Source: Utricularia gibba (taxonomy: Eukaryota; Plantae; Magnoliophyta). Taken from it: a stretch of 64,000 nt of DNA. Location: contig CM007990.1 in NCBI GenBank assembly GCA_002189035.1, forward strand, positions 4,092,001-4,156,000. The letters run 5' to 3'. Below are positions 12,171 through 25,599 of the stretch, one piece after another; the stretch's first letter is position 1; each line of letters begins with the position of its first letter. The notes under the pieces are model-generated. The model made no database searches. It worked only from the letters and a program-made list of their open reading frames with translations, and was not told the origin of the DNA. A program made the translations under genes and the position numbers.

Positions 12171-13234
12171 ATGGCCATGTCCAATCTTCACATGAGCTTC
12201 CGTACCCTGGAGACAAAAGTACGAAATTCAGATCTTTCATCATCTTGAAATTCACATGGCATGTTTTGGAAGGTTTTGGTGGGTTTGGAGATTAATTTAG
12301 GTTGTTTGGTACACAGATTTACCAAACTTTTTGATGAAAAACTTCGTGAGATTGTGTAGATATAATTAAATGAAATTCAGGATGGATTTAGGTTTCACAA
12401 GAAAATTATTTTTTGTTAATATTATTTTCATTTACTTTATAAAAATCTCATTATATTTTTTTATTCAAATAAAATAATATTCGATTCTTTTTTTTGTTTT
12501 TCATATTCATTTTGAAATACAGGAATATATCTATGGAAATGAAATTTGATAGATTTTGTACACAAATTTAGCAAATTTAAACTTTTTTTGTACACGAATT
12601 TGATAGATTTTAGATATATCTATAATTTTGGAAATATTATCTTTTTATTTATTAATTATATAGTTTTCAACCTATATTTTAGATTCTAATTCGATTTTAG
12701 ATAGATGAAAAGGAATTCAATTAAATTCTTGATTATATGTGGTATTTGATCAATTTAGTTACTATTTTTTTTTACATTTCTCTTCAATTTTAGATGAGCA
12801 TAAGAGAATTCATTTGAATTTTTGTTTTGTTCTATTTTTTTGAATGGATGAATTGATTGAGTCTTTGAATTGCTCATGATTCAACCATATAAATAATTGT
12901 TTTTCAATTACAATTGAAATTTTTTTATAGAAGCAACAAAACATTTTGATATGGAATTAAGATGATACATTTTTTTATTTGAACTTATTTAAAAAATTAA
13001 GAAAGATACACATCAAATGAAGAATGTTTTTTTTTAATTCCATCAAAATCAGTTGTTTTTTATTTATATTTTGAATATGTACAAAAAATTACCATGAAAA
13101 AAATACTGGAGTACGAGTAATATCTACTATCGTCTTACAAAATATGACTTTTATGAACTACTTAACCGAATATTTCTATGAGAGAATGCCATGATGATAA
13201 TGATGATGATGGAGATGAAGAGCAATGCAAAAGT

Positions 13235-13440
13235 TATTCTATGAATGATCAAAATTCCTAAACATATTGAGAATGTAAATAACATTATCTCTGATGTCAA
13301 TTATGTATGCATTGAAAGTCTAAGGATGACTTTTCTCCGTTTGTACACCATTCTTTAGGTCTATGGATTAACATACTCTAAGTATGTAAATATTTTTTAG
13401 ACTATTGCTATTTTTTTCCACTATTCTAGTTCACTTTCTA
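13235..13440 (+). mobile_element. Degenerate PIF/Harbinger transposase fragment
   Basis: Translates IKIPKHIENVNNIISDVNYVCIESLRMTFLRLYTIL*VYGLTYSKYVNIF*TIAIFF, resembling the PIF N-terminal motif C..NLRM.R..F.RLC..L...GL..SKYV...E.VAMFL; contains stops and a frameshift. Confidence 0.7.
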
Positions 13441-13559
13441 GTCAATGCCAACACACTAACTCATTGTGCTTATCCAAGAGATATATCCATTTATAAATCA
13501 TTAAACACATGAATTTTGAAATCCTTTATCTTATTATTTGGATTGGTAGTCACATATTT

Positions 13560-14500
13560 AATATACCTTAGTCCAATCTAAGGTGCTTTCATGCCTTTCA
13601 ATACCTTTTGTTTACCACAAATTGATTGCTTATGGTTGAATGATTTCGCTATCCAACCTTTTTTATTTTTATAATGCATATTTTTTTTCTCCATATACAA
13701 CCCCAAGTTTGACAATAAGCAACCAATTTTTGTTTATTGTTTGTTGAAATGTTTGGCCTTCTTACTTAAACTGAATATCAATCCTATTTCCAATTGAGGA
13801 TCATCTCCTTTTATCTTCAAATTAAAATGTCTCAACTTTGCCTTACTATGACCCAATTCCCCTTCTTCTTCATCACTGTTAAAGTCCTCTTCAGTCTATG
13901 TAACATCACAATTTTTGTAAACTAAAACAACAACACCTATGGGCAAATTGTAAGCATTTGACTCAATAGGGTCAAGTAATTGTTGAATTATCTCATGATC
14001 TATATCATTGTGAGCTTCATTTGAAAGAAGTATGACTTCATATTGGAAACCATAACCTTCATCTTTCCAAAACTTCGGGTCTAAAGTACCAGAATCCTCA
14101 TCTGCCTCATTAGTATCATAAGGTTCAATAACATTATCATAACAAGCTTCATTTTCTTCTGAGCTCATTTCTTGAACAATAGAATCATCAACCATTCGAT
14201 CAATATCCTTTTCATGAATAATAGAAGCATCAACTATTGGTTCTTCATGAGAACCAATAGAACCATAGATAATGTATATGAAAAGCGGACTTAAAAAATC
14301 TAAAACCTGGATACACTATTATATTTCATCATTACCTTTAATCTCTCTTAGGCCTTCCTCAGAAATTTGCATTGACAGCTCAATTTTTCTTGGATTTGTG
14401 AAACCAAACATACAAGCTACACCCAGAAGATAAGTGAACGAAAAAATAGAAGTTTTTATTATTGTGATATACTCTTCACACCCACCACTGTAAAACCAAA
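13560..14500 (-). mobile_element. Degenerate MuDR/MULE transposase remnant
   Basis: Acidic linker (ORF 13896..14195) followed by DSDEEEG...FNLKIKGDDPQLEIGLIFS and KLVAYCQTWGCIWR, like the MuDR P.F.lGM.F and C...GC.W motifs; interrupted by stops. Confidence 0.65.
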
Positions 14501-15039
14501 TACACTAGTTCTTGTTAATGGTTCAACCTCTTCTTGGCCTTTTTCATTTGTAAGTGGTGAATGGAAATCATGAACTCTAAATTTTAGAGTTTCCGATGAA
14601 TCCTAGAATTTAGGAAAAAATAAACTTGTTAAAAGAATTTTGAGAACATTAAAGAATTTGTGCGCCAAGTTATGTACATGTTGCTTCCATGTTAACTTTG
14701 GTGAGTTATTTGTTGGAATGCCATAAAATGAACAAAGTAGAAATTTTTTTTTCTTATTTTTAAATAAGTTAAACTATTTGATTAAAAGATGAAATTAGGT
14801 TAAACATTATGACTTAAATAACGATTTTTGATTTTCACTTATATTCACTTCGAATCTTGGGCCAAGGCACACCTTCATGGTAGGTATTAAGTCAAAGCCC
14901 AATGAAAAAGAAATTGAGGTGAAAGTCCAATGTGCAAAATCCAGAAATTTAGTATTGACCATTGCTCAATTCATGTATAAATACCTAACCGGATTGCTCA
15001 CTCACAATCCCAAAGAACTAGTTTTTAAGTATTTTCAAC

Positions 15040-16308
15040 ATGGTTGACCTGCGCAGCACCATGGCCGCATTTCTCCTCCTCGCTCTACCTCCATTAACGC
15101 TCAGCTTCAAGGTTGAGATGATCCATCGCGATTCGCCTCGCTCCCCTCACTACAATCTATCGATTACCAAGTTTGAGCGCGTGAGAAGAGCTGTGGATCG
15201 CTCATTTGGCCGTCAAAATTCCCTGAGTTTAGCTCCGTGGTCTGCCGGTTACGCCATCCGCGCCAGCGCCGGCGAATATCTCATGAGGATATTTTTCGGG
15301 ACGCAGGAGCACCCCGTTTGGGCAATCGTCGACACCGGTAGCGATCTGACGTGGACTCAATGTTATCCATGCGAAGCTTGCTACCCGCAGTACGCCGCAC
15401 CGTACAACCCCCGCCTGTCCAAAACCTACGAGCTCGCGTCGTGTACCGATCCACTGTGTGAAGGTCTTGGTGTGCATACGTCTTGTGGGTTTGGATCGAG
15501 GTGCAACTATTTGTATGGGTACGGAGATGGATCCTACACCGCCGGAAACCTCGCCACCGATCAGATTTCTTTTCGTTCGTCCGATGGGAACGTTTCGTTT
15601 TCCGGTGTCTACGTCGGTTGCGGTTACGCGAACGGCGGCCTTTTCAGCCCTAGGAGCTCCGGGCTAATCGGCCTATCTAATAGCCCGCTTTCGTTCATCA
15701 GTCAAATCGAGGTTACCAAGTTTTCTTATTGTTTGCCGGACCTCTTCTCCATCGTTCCGGGCACGATCATTTTCGGCCCGGCGGCGGAAGTTAGCGGGAG
15801 GGGTTTAGTGACGACGCCACTAATCCCCTCGGCTTATGACCAATTCTACCACCTTACCATCTTGGGGTTCAGAGTGGGCTCCACGGAGATCAAGTCTTCA
15901 CGAGCTCGACAAATGGGAAACACCATCATCGACTCCGGCACGACGCTGACGTTCCTGCCGCCCGATCTGGCCGATGGGATCACGGCGGCGCTCGCGAAAA
16001 GCATCAAGTGCAGGCGTAATTCTGTCGTTGAGCAACAATATCAGTTGGCTCTGTGCTACAATGTAACATCCAAAGGGTGCATTTTCACGGTGCCGCCGGT
16101 GGTGGTGCATTTTCTCGGCGGGGACTTGAACCTGCCGGAGACGAACACCTTCATCGAACTCTTAGACGGAGTGAAGTGCTTCACGATCGTGGGAAGTCAG
16201 GGGCTGTCGATATGGGGAAACACGGCGCAAATGTCGATGAAAACTGAGTATGATCTTCAGGAAAGGAAGCTCAAATTCTTGCCGGCGGACTGCTCCAAGC
16301 CCAACTGA
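15040..16308 (+). CDS. Secreted aspartic protease, CDR1/nepenthesin-like (A1B), intronless
   Basis: Signal peptide, MIHRDSPRSP propeptide, catalytic DTGS and DSGT motifs, Cys-rich NAP insert, C-terminal YDL...F.PADC; TATAAATA near 14978. Confidence 0.95.
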   Translation: MVDLRSTMAAFLLLALPPLTLSFKVEMIHRDSPRSPHYNLSITKFERVRRAVDRSFGRQNSLSLAPWSAGYAIRASAGEYLMRIFFGTQEHPVWAIVDTGSDLTWTQCYPCEACYPQYAAPYNPRLSKTYELASCTDPLCEGLGVHTSCGFGSRCNYLYGYGDGSYTAGNLATDQISFRSSDGNVSFSGVYVGCGYANGGLFSPRSSGLIGLSNSPLSFISQIEVTKFSYCLPDLFSIVPGTIIFGPAAEVSGRGLVTTPLIPSAYDQFYHLTILGFRVGSTEIKSSRARQMGNTIIDSGTTLTFLPPDLADGITAALAKSIKCRRNSVVEQQYQLALCYNVTSKGCIFTVPPVVVHFLGGDLNLPETNTFIELLDGVKCFTIVGSQGLSIWGNTAQMSMKTEYDLQERKLKFLPADCSKPN

Positions 16309-16931
16309 GCAATGGAGACCCCCTCCCCTCAGTTTATCATTTTAAATAATAAATTAATTTGTAATAATATTCTAGAAACTCTAGAAATGAAAAAGTGGTT
16401 AAGGAATTTAAAGAAATGAATTAAAATAGATAGAAAAAAATGATATAATTAAAAAAAATTTTGAAAAAAAGACAAAATGAATACAATAATTCATTTGCTA
16501 TTTTTTATAATAAAATATTTATATTTTCATCATTAATTTCTCATTTTGAGTATAATTATTAATTATATGCAAAACATAACCTTATACTTATTTTGTGAGT
16601 GAAAGTGAAAGCTTGTGAAAATCGTATTAAACAAATAATATCATATCCAAATTTGAAATTAAAATAATTAAATATATAATAAATTATAAAACACTAATAA
16701 TTTATTGTATCTAATATTTTCTAATATAATCTACATTTTTTATATATTTAGTTTCACATATACTTGTTAGATCCATTAAATCGTTAATTTCGACAAAGAA
16801 TTTTCCTTGTGTTCTAGGGATGAATGGATCCTCGTCTCGTCCACTAACAAGATCGATAATAGGGTTGGTTATGAAAGAAAATGCATCCATCCTTGAAACT
16901 TAGTAGCCTACACCTATGGCTGCCCAACCCC

Positions 16932-16958
16932 ATTGTATTGTATTGTATTGTATTGTAT
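16932..16958. repeat. (ATTGT)5 microsatellite
   Basis: Directly seen. Confidence 0.9.
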
Positions 16959-18198
16959 CTAATCTTTGACATTGCAAGATCAACTCTCTACCCGTTGAGG
17001 TGCATGGCATCATATGATGCACGTGCACAACCCAGCCTAACACCAACCTCCTTGTCCTTTTTGGATGGGAACAATATAATTGTTTTCCAACAATATTGCG
17101 ATTTTACTGTTTAAAAACTAGGCAATATTATCTAATTCCAACCGTTTTGATAAATAAATTGTTAAAATAATTTCCATTACTTTTTCCAAATAAAAAAAAA
17201 AATTGGTTTCCATAATGAAACCTTGATCTCAAATTTCATCGACCATTGCTCCCATCCCATCTGGGAACCCTATGATGGGGGAGGAGGGGTATATTAAAAA
17301 TTTGACAATGTATATGTGAGTGTGTGAGAAAATTGATTATCGCTAATATAAAAATTTTAATTTATTATGTGAAATAAATGGTATGAATGATCAATTTTCT
17401 AAATAAATTTGAGAAAAAAGGGTTGTAGGTATGATGGGAGTAGGGGCAATGTGCCACAATCGGGGGAGGCACTTCACTACCTTCACCACAGTAAGTTAAT
17501 GAAATTTGGAATAAAAAATTAGAATTTGATTATAAGGATTTAATCAATTTTATCTAATGAGGATTTATATTATTGATTTAATTTATAACCAATTTTTTTC
17601 CATATAATAAAACAACGGGGTATTGAATATATTCGATTTTTAAATAATGGCTATCAATTATACCCCATAATCAAATGGTTATGATCAAATTAAAAAATAT
17701 TAGAAATTAATTTTATTCTATACATCAAGTTTTAAAAATTAAATATATCAAATACATCAAACTATAGAAACTAATTATGCCAATACGAATTAAACATCTT
17801 ATTTTCACTAAATAATGAAAACTAAGCATATCAATTTAGCAAATTATAGGGATTTTCAGTATTCAAGCCCTTTTCCTATGTATATGACTTTTTTTTGTTT
17901 GTTTTCTAAGGATGAGGAGGAATGGAGGAAATCCAAGAACATCTTTATTAAAATGCTGATGTAGTATTTCTAGAAATAAGATAAATGTTTCACAAATAAG
18001 TAATCTTGTTTTTCATTCTTTTTGGAAACATAAACGAGGAAATTCAGTTTTTTTTCGAAAATGATTTAAAATATAGTTTATAATATTTATTTTAATATTA
18101 CAGATTTTGAAAATGAATACAAACTTAACGAAAACTTAACATATTTGTGAGTGAATCTACCTCAATACATCATTTATATATACAGACTACAGAGAACT

Positions 18199-21100
18199 CT
18201 ACAGGGAGGTGAAGTAGTCTCTTACCAAGTGAAGGATGAAGCTGGCAAAGGAAGATCCTTCCAATGGTTGAGGCATGACCCTGTCCATGCGAGCCTGGAT
18301 GCTTGAAGATGACTCCGAGACTTCGATCCATGTCCGAAATGCAGATTCTGCTTCATTGAGGAAGCTACCGACCCGCTTAAGATCTCCGGCAGGGAGGCGG
18401 AAGGCTTGGATAGCTCCACAAGGGTCACCTGCATTGCGCTGTATGAGTTGGAGAAGAGTCTGGTGCAGAGATGGAGTGCAGATGATAATGACCTCTTCAT
18501 CAGGAGAAAGCTTGGCCTTCACTTTGGCTATGGCGATGGCTCGAGACAGCCCTCCGATGGCATCCACCAGACCTCGGGACGCAGCATCGTTGCCTGTCCA
18601 AACTCTTCCTTGAGCAACTTCTTCCATCTTCTCCACCTAAGATGTTGGAAGATGGATGTTTGCGGGCAGGATACAGACAGAGAAATGATGTTTTCATTTC
18701 ATTTTCTTACAGTCATGGATCTAGAAGCGGCTGCCTTGTCTCGGAAACTTCTGTAAGCGTTCTCTGCTGACTTTGCGAATAATTCAGCCTCATCAGGCCT
18801 ACAGACAAACGGGACATGCATGTGGGTTCCGCACCTTGCAGTTCAAAAATACATGAAAAGGAATTACCTGAAGGGTCTTTGTTCAGCAGCAGTAAGTTCA
18901 GCATATCTTCCCCTGGATATAATCTCCTTATTGAAGCCAATTTTTTCATAAAGTCTCTCAAGATTGAACTTTCCTACGAGGGAAAATGGTAGCTGGTTTG
19001 GTGGCTGATTTCCCATATGATGCATACAAGTAAATTCTCACCGGTCACGACTCCGATTGAGCCTGTTAATGTAAGTGTTTCAGCAACGATCGTTTGCGCT
19101 GCCATAGCCATGTAATATCCCCCACTAGCAGCAACATCGGACATGGAAGCAACCACCGGTTTTGAAGCAGCCAAGAGCTTGATTTCTCTCCACATTCTAT
19201 TCAACATATGGGATCACAGCTAAGTGCCATAGTTTGTCATCAACACAAAGAACTTCATCTCATATTACTTACAAATCAGAAGCGAGTGCATCACCACCAG
19301 GGCTATCGATACGAATAATGACAGCTTTGTAGTTCTTTGACTCTGAAACGCATGCCATCTAATATATGAATCTGAATCCAGCAGGCAATAAACAGAGCTA
19401 TCAAATTTTATGAGAAGTTCTTAAATAATAATGTACCTCTTGCTTTCCGAATCTTTTCAATGAATTGCTCAGCCACGATTCCGGAGCTGGATGAAATTAA
19501 CGGACCTGGTACACGACTAATGCTTCCAGAGGCTCTCAATATGGCTATTTGATCTTTATATCCAGTCATTCCAAGAGTCCACTTCCTTACACGGGAATAC
19601 TTCCTACAAATTCATTAAGAAACAGGTTCAGTGCAAGTATTGTCTTTTTTCCAGAAATACAAATTTTCTCTGAGTTCATCCAGATCACAAAATAAGATTC
19701 CAACCGGAGTAGGACTTGAAAAAGATCCAGAAAAGCACCAGAACTTCAATTCCCCGCAAGCAATAATGAATATAACAGAGATTTTGCTGTCATAAAGCAT
19801 TCAGTCACCTAAGATGGTTTATTTCTCAAAACAAAGACAGCATGTAGCTGTAATCTAGCGAGGATTTCAGATTATAGATCAAGTTTAGAACTTCATTAAA
19901 TGGACAACACTAGTAATAAGAGGTGGGCAATCAAGCTGTCTTCTCAACTGATGTTTTCTGACTATTGCATTAAAAAGAAAATGGAAACACACACAAATAT
20001 TTAAACATACAACAATTCATAATACTGAGTACCTATAGTCAACCGTAGGAAGATTCTTACTACTGGGAATTGACAAGCGCTCTTTAAGCATTTCTGTCAC
20101 CTGATATGAAGAAACACTTGGTAATAACATGCAATTTGCAATTACACAAACACAAAGTGTAAGAAGCCAAACCAAATTACCTCGTCATCATACTTAATAT
20201 CTGTTATCCATCCTTCTTTCTTCAGTCTTTCGACCTCATACACCCCATCATTGATAAACGCTTCAATATCGTCCTTTTTCTTCCCTGCAGAGGGACAAAA
20301 ATGGTTATATACACACGCAATATCCTTTTGATTAAACAAGAAATTGACTGAAAATCTACCTCTGTCAACAGAAACCTTCTCAACCCAATTCTCGAAGATA
20401 TTGTCAAGCAAAACTGTCAGCATCTCACGGTTCTCACCGGATATATTTTTTCGAGTTAGTTGATCACCAGCGCTCTTGTACTTTCCAATTCTTTGAACTT
20501 GTGGCTCAATCCCGATTTTTTCCAGTACACCTAAACAATAATATTAGCATTTCTACATACACTCAAAAAGTTTTTTTGTCCGTTCCTAATTCATATATGA
20601 CTTGCCTCCCAGAAAAGAAGCCTGAACTGTCAATCCATACAACTGAAAGTAAGCACTTGGTGGTGCATAAAGCTCTTCACAAGCACTGCCAATGTAATAT
20701 TCTTTCTCTCCACATACTGACGTGTATCCGACAATAAACTTTCCTGTACATCGTACAAAACACATTCATAAACAATATATATCACGGTGAAAAGAACTGA
20801 ATATATGATAACAAAATCATGCCTGACTTCCTGAAGTCCAACACATGCCTACGGATTTCTTCAGCTTTTCCCCAGCCGCAACTCAGTGGTTCAATATGAA
20901 GATAAACACCTGATATACGAGGGTCATACGCCGCTTTCACAAAATTTTCACAAATTTGAGGCAAAGACAATCCTGATGAGAAACGGCTCTTCAGTTGATC
21001 GGATATCTGGCAAAATAGCAACATTTTCGTTTCAATAGTCTTGGGATCCAAAATCGGCTAAAAATTCAAGAAACGTACACAACCCAAGTAGCAACGAGTA

Positions 21101-21511
21101 AATCCCACTACAACGAAGCATATTCACCTCTCCACGTAATTTCATGGAGAGCACAGAGCCCTTCTTAACCCGCTCCCAAGGAAATGCAACCAGCATCTTA
21201 AACTTGACGAGCAAAGTCTCCCAAAGATCATACTCCCGGTATACAAAATTACCACTTGGGTACTCGTCATCCTTCGCCAACTCCCTCTCCTGTGCTTCCC
21301 CACGAATTTCGGAGATAACTCCCGCTTTATTATCACTCCCAGAATCAAAAGCCCGGAAAAGCCCACGTAAATTCCGTCTCCGCTGGAGGAAAAAGTTGGG
21401 TTTTTTTAATTGAACTGAGGCGGCCGAGAAGGAATTTGAGAACGAGGGTCGACATTTGATCGAGCACGTTACGTGCAATTGGAGCGCGGAAGCGCCGGGG
21501 GATGTCATCAT
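18199..21511 (-). CDS. SPPA: Chloroplast serine protease SppA (S49), 13 exons; 1-bp frameshift in last exon as assembled
   Basis: Transit peptide, [65 protein letters not shown]. Exons traced; two GC donors; frameshift at 18372-18374. Confidence 0.93.
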
Positions 21512-23169
21512 TACAGGATGAAAAAACAGAGGTAGCTCAGAGGATGCACAATATAAGGCGGAGAGACAATTCAGATTTGTAATGCAATTTAACTTCAAAA
21601 ACACAATTACCGTGATTTGAATGGACTTCACCTTCAGGTAAAGCCGTGATCCTGACTCCATTTCCCAAACTTCAAACTCCATGGTTATATAAATTCATGC
21701 TTGTGCAATGATCATGAAACTACTTTTCACAGTCGTCTCACTGTAAAAAAAATCGTATTCTCTTGCATGAAAAAAGGGATGAAGAAAAAACACAAGTAAA
21801 TCTCTGTAAGGTAACTTCGCACCCAACCCAACAAATCCCAACCTCCAACAAACAAACAAGAAGAACAAGAACCAAAGCGAACAATTCTGGTTTCTGCAAA
21901 CGGGAACAGAAAGGGTATTCGTGACTGGTGATGTTAAACACGCCACCATTGATGTCGACGAAGAGCAGAACGTTGAAAGACCTGCAGGAACCTGGTACGC
22001 CAGAGCCAAGATCTGCAAATGCTTTTGGTACCAAGGAGCATGGATCTACAATTACACTGGTTACACACAGCATGTTTGTTCCTCACCAGTTGCATTTGCA
22101 TGGATTCTGAGATACTGATTCTGTGTGTGAAGTGAAAACCCTTCTGCTCTGACACTAAGTTAAGGTGGCATGACGTCACTCACACCTCACTCATCTCCAT
22201 CTGCAAACACAAAATCAATGTTAATGCGTCACACTCTTCACTCACGCAAGAGGGTCATGATCTTGCTCAAATGATTACATGAAAAATAAAATGAATTTAT
22301 TTTTCGGTTTAATTATGTATTTATATTGATATTTTTATAATATATATATATATTCTTTGATCACCCAATTCTTTATTTTTCTATTATTTTAAGGCATCTC
22401 CATTTTTTAAATAGGTAATTAATTTTTTTATGTTTTGTAATTTAATTATTACTTAAATAGTTTGATCTATAATCATTAAAAATGTTTAAAATGCATTTTA
22501 ACTTAATCTTTTATTATTGCTATTTGAATCTTAGCCAATGTTTGAAAAATCACTATAGAATTGGTTTTAATAGAATTAAAATTTTTAATAAAATAAAAAG
22601 TAATATATATTTAAAATTGTTTTTTAAAAGTGATTATTATAGAATTTATTAATATTTCGAATTAATTTTTTTAAAAAGAATACTATATGATAATTCGCAC
22701 ATTTACGCTTCTCAAAAAATTAAACTAATTCTTAAAATCAAATTTCATAGAATATAATTAGGTATATATTTGAAATTATAAATCAATAATATTAGAATAG
22801 AATTGAATTTAGTAGAATGTAAGTAATTTGTGAACGTTTCCTTAATCTTTATAATCAAAATATTAAGTTTTTTTGAAATATACAGCCGGATATAATTTAA
22901 ATGGTAAAATCTATTTATTAAACAACTGGAGGAAGGTTGTACAAAAAAGGAAAATGACGTGGAACACAATAAATAATATTAAATTAAAACATCGACTTTC
23001 ATGCCGGCCTCAGACGCGTCTATTGCCTAAGGCTTTGACCATGTTGTCGCTGTTTGTGGGGTAGGGCTCAGCAATCTGGACGCGTAAAATGAATTTCAAT
23101 GCATATTTATAAATACACAGACGCGGCAGATTTTTTGTGTTCAAACGGCGGCGATATTGCTTGGATTCG

Positions 23170-24583
23170 ATGGCCATTTCCGTCGTCGCCGCCGCCATGG
23201 TCCGTGTCCGGTATCTGCTTCTGCTGCAAATGTTGATTACAGGTTCTTCTTCTGCTTCCTGTTGTTAGTGGATATTTGAGAAGATGATCGGTAAATTTGA
23301 TGCTCGGTTTCCGATTTTTGAGAGCGGATAATATGTTGGATGGATTGCTGTACTATGCTCCGACTTGGCGATGCTTTCCTTCGCACTAACTAGATTTTTA
23401 CAGGCTTGTTTTCCAGGAGAGTTCAGAGCATGGGATTTGGGATCAACTACGGTCGGATAGCGAACAATCTGCCCTCACCGGCTAGTGTTGCTGTTTTTGT
23501 GGAGTCTCTCAACGTCACCAGGGTGAAGCTATATGATGCTAACGAAAATGTGATCTCAGCATTTGCTAACTCCGCTGTCGAATTTGTGATCGCCATAGAC
23601 AACGAGCAACTGCTGAGCATGACTGATGCTGGGCAAGCTCGGGCGTGGGTTCAGAAATATGTCCAGCCGTACATTTCTCAGACTAAGATCAAGTGCATCA
23701 CTGTTGGGAATGAAGTGCTCACCGGAAACAACACACAGTTGATGTCCTTTTTGGCCCCTGCGATGCAGAACGTGTATGCTGCTCTTGGAAATCTCGGGCT
23801 TGGTTCGGAGATATCTGTGACAACAGCTCATTCCACTGGGATCTTGAGCACTTCATTTCCTCCATCAGCCGGAGCATTTTCGGAGGATCTTACAAATTAC
23901 TTGAACAACATTCTTGCGTTTCATTCACAGACAGGCTCACCTTTTCTGATAAATGCGTATCCTTTCTTTGCCTACATCGGCAGTCCAGACCAGATTCCAT
24001 TAAACTACGTGCTTTTCCAGCCAAACTCAGGGACAACAGATCCAGGAACAAACTTGCACTATGACAACATGCTGTATGCTCAGATTGATGCTGTTTATGC
24101 AGCAATTAGAAGGCTGGGCTACACGAATGTGCAAGTTAAGATCTCTGAGACAGGTTGGCCCTCCAAAGGAGACCCAAATGAAATAGGGGCTACGCCAGAG
24201 AATGCTCGATTATACAACGGCAATTTGTTGATGAGGATAAATCAGAAGCTAGGTACTCCAGCCAATCCTTCTATGCCTGTTGATGCCTTCATTTTTGCAT
24301 TGTTCAATGAAGATTTGAAGCCTGGACCAACTTCTGAGAGAAACTATGGTTTGTTCTATCCAAATGGGACTCCTGTGTACAACATCGGATTGCAAGGCTC
24401 GCTCCCAATAATATCTTACTCAGATTCCGTGAAAAATGTATGGAGACGATGAAGCTTAAAGGTACTTCATGGTTTATAAGCTGTAGAGCATGCATCTAAT
24501 GCTCTTTTCCATTCCTTCTGATGCAGGTGATATTCATCTTCAATATCATTCTTCCCATTGTCTCCTTGATATATTATTTGTAG
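23170..24583 (+). CDS. GH17 glucan endo-1,3-beta-glucosidase with probable GPI-anchor tail, no X8 domain; exons 23170-23242, 23404-24437, 24527-24583
   Basis: GINYGRIANNLP, ITVGNEV, INAYPFFAY, ISETGWPSKGD, FALFNEDLKPGPTSERNYGLF; hydrophobic terminal exon VIFIFNIILPIVSLIYYL. Confidence 0.92.
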
Positions 24584-25599
24584 TCCATCGTATACAAGAT
24601 CCACAGAAAAGGCACTCCCATGGCCCTTTATCTCCTCCAGAAAAATACCAGTTTTCTGAGAGGTAAGATTTTTTGCACTATCGCCATCATGCATCGCCGC
24701 CCATTGCCTGAATTCTTACAAAGAGACGTGATCCTCTGAACCTTTTTTTCTGAACCATAAACATCTCTGTGTGAATCACCATCATGCTTGCGTGATGATT
24801 TTTTCCAGCTCCAAGCATGTGGCTTTCATTGTCATTACACCATTTTGTTATCTGTTCTAACATGATCCATGACGCACATGATAAGATTGATGGTACGGAA
24901 AGAGATAATGTGTCATCATTTTATGTCCATGCATCCAAAAAATCATGATTTTTCATTTAAAGATGTGGTTTCGAGTTACCTCATCATCCTTGGTGGGCTT
25001 TTGCTTTCATCAACCAAACTCTTCAATGCGATAGCGTTGTTCTTGTGTGCTTTTGTCCAAACACAATTAGATCAGTGAAACCTACTGGGCATCCACTTTG
25101 TCGCTTGTCCTGCTGAACTGCTAATTGATTCATGGAACATCTGTCATCACATTTCAGGTTGTGCTGCAGATCTTTTACATGTAGCGGGCAAAGAGCCTAC
25201 AGTCATGTCTTTGTAAAATGCAATAGAAGTATTGGGATGCTTTCATAGGTACATGATTCATATACAGAGAATATTACAAAGGTCTTTTTTGAGCTATTCT
25301 CTTTCTTAACCACATATTATTCTTAATTTAAATGTTGATAGAACTTATAAGCCAACTATTTCAAATGAATTTTATACAAATTCATGATTATAATAGAGAA
25401 TAATTTCAATTCATTTAGATAATAATTTTTATTTTATTTCAAATATTTTAAATTATATTTAAAAATTAATGAACTCATTTCAATCTAAATTTGTAACTAA
25501 ATCAAAAAATGAGTTCAATCTATCTTCTGAAATTATGTTAATTATAATTAAGTTCTCATGATAAACAAGTTGATTGTTAATGGTATGGGAGAGCATAAA

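Noticed and set aside
18429-18492. Retention of the 64-nt last SPPA intron restoring the C-terminal frame (ORF 18199..18636)
   Set aside because: It would replace the conserved VTLVELS...PEILSG segment with unrelated residues; it is a coincidence of frame.
25158-25184. Possible alternative last exon of the glucanase (VVLQIFYM*) that would remove the GPI signal
   Set aside because: Only an acceptor motif and frame compatibility; no independent support.
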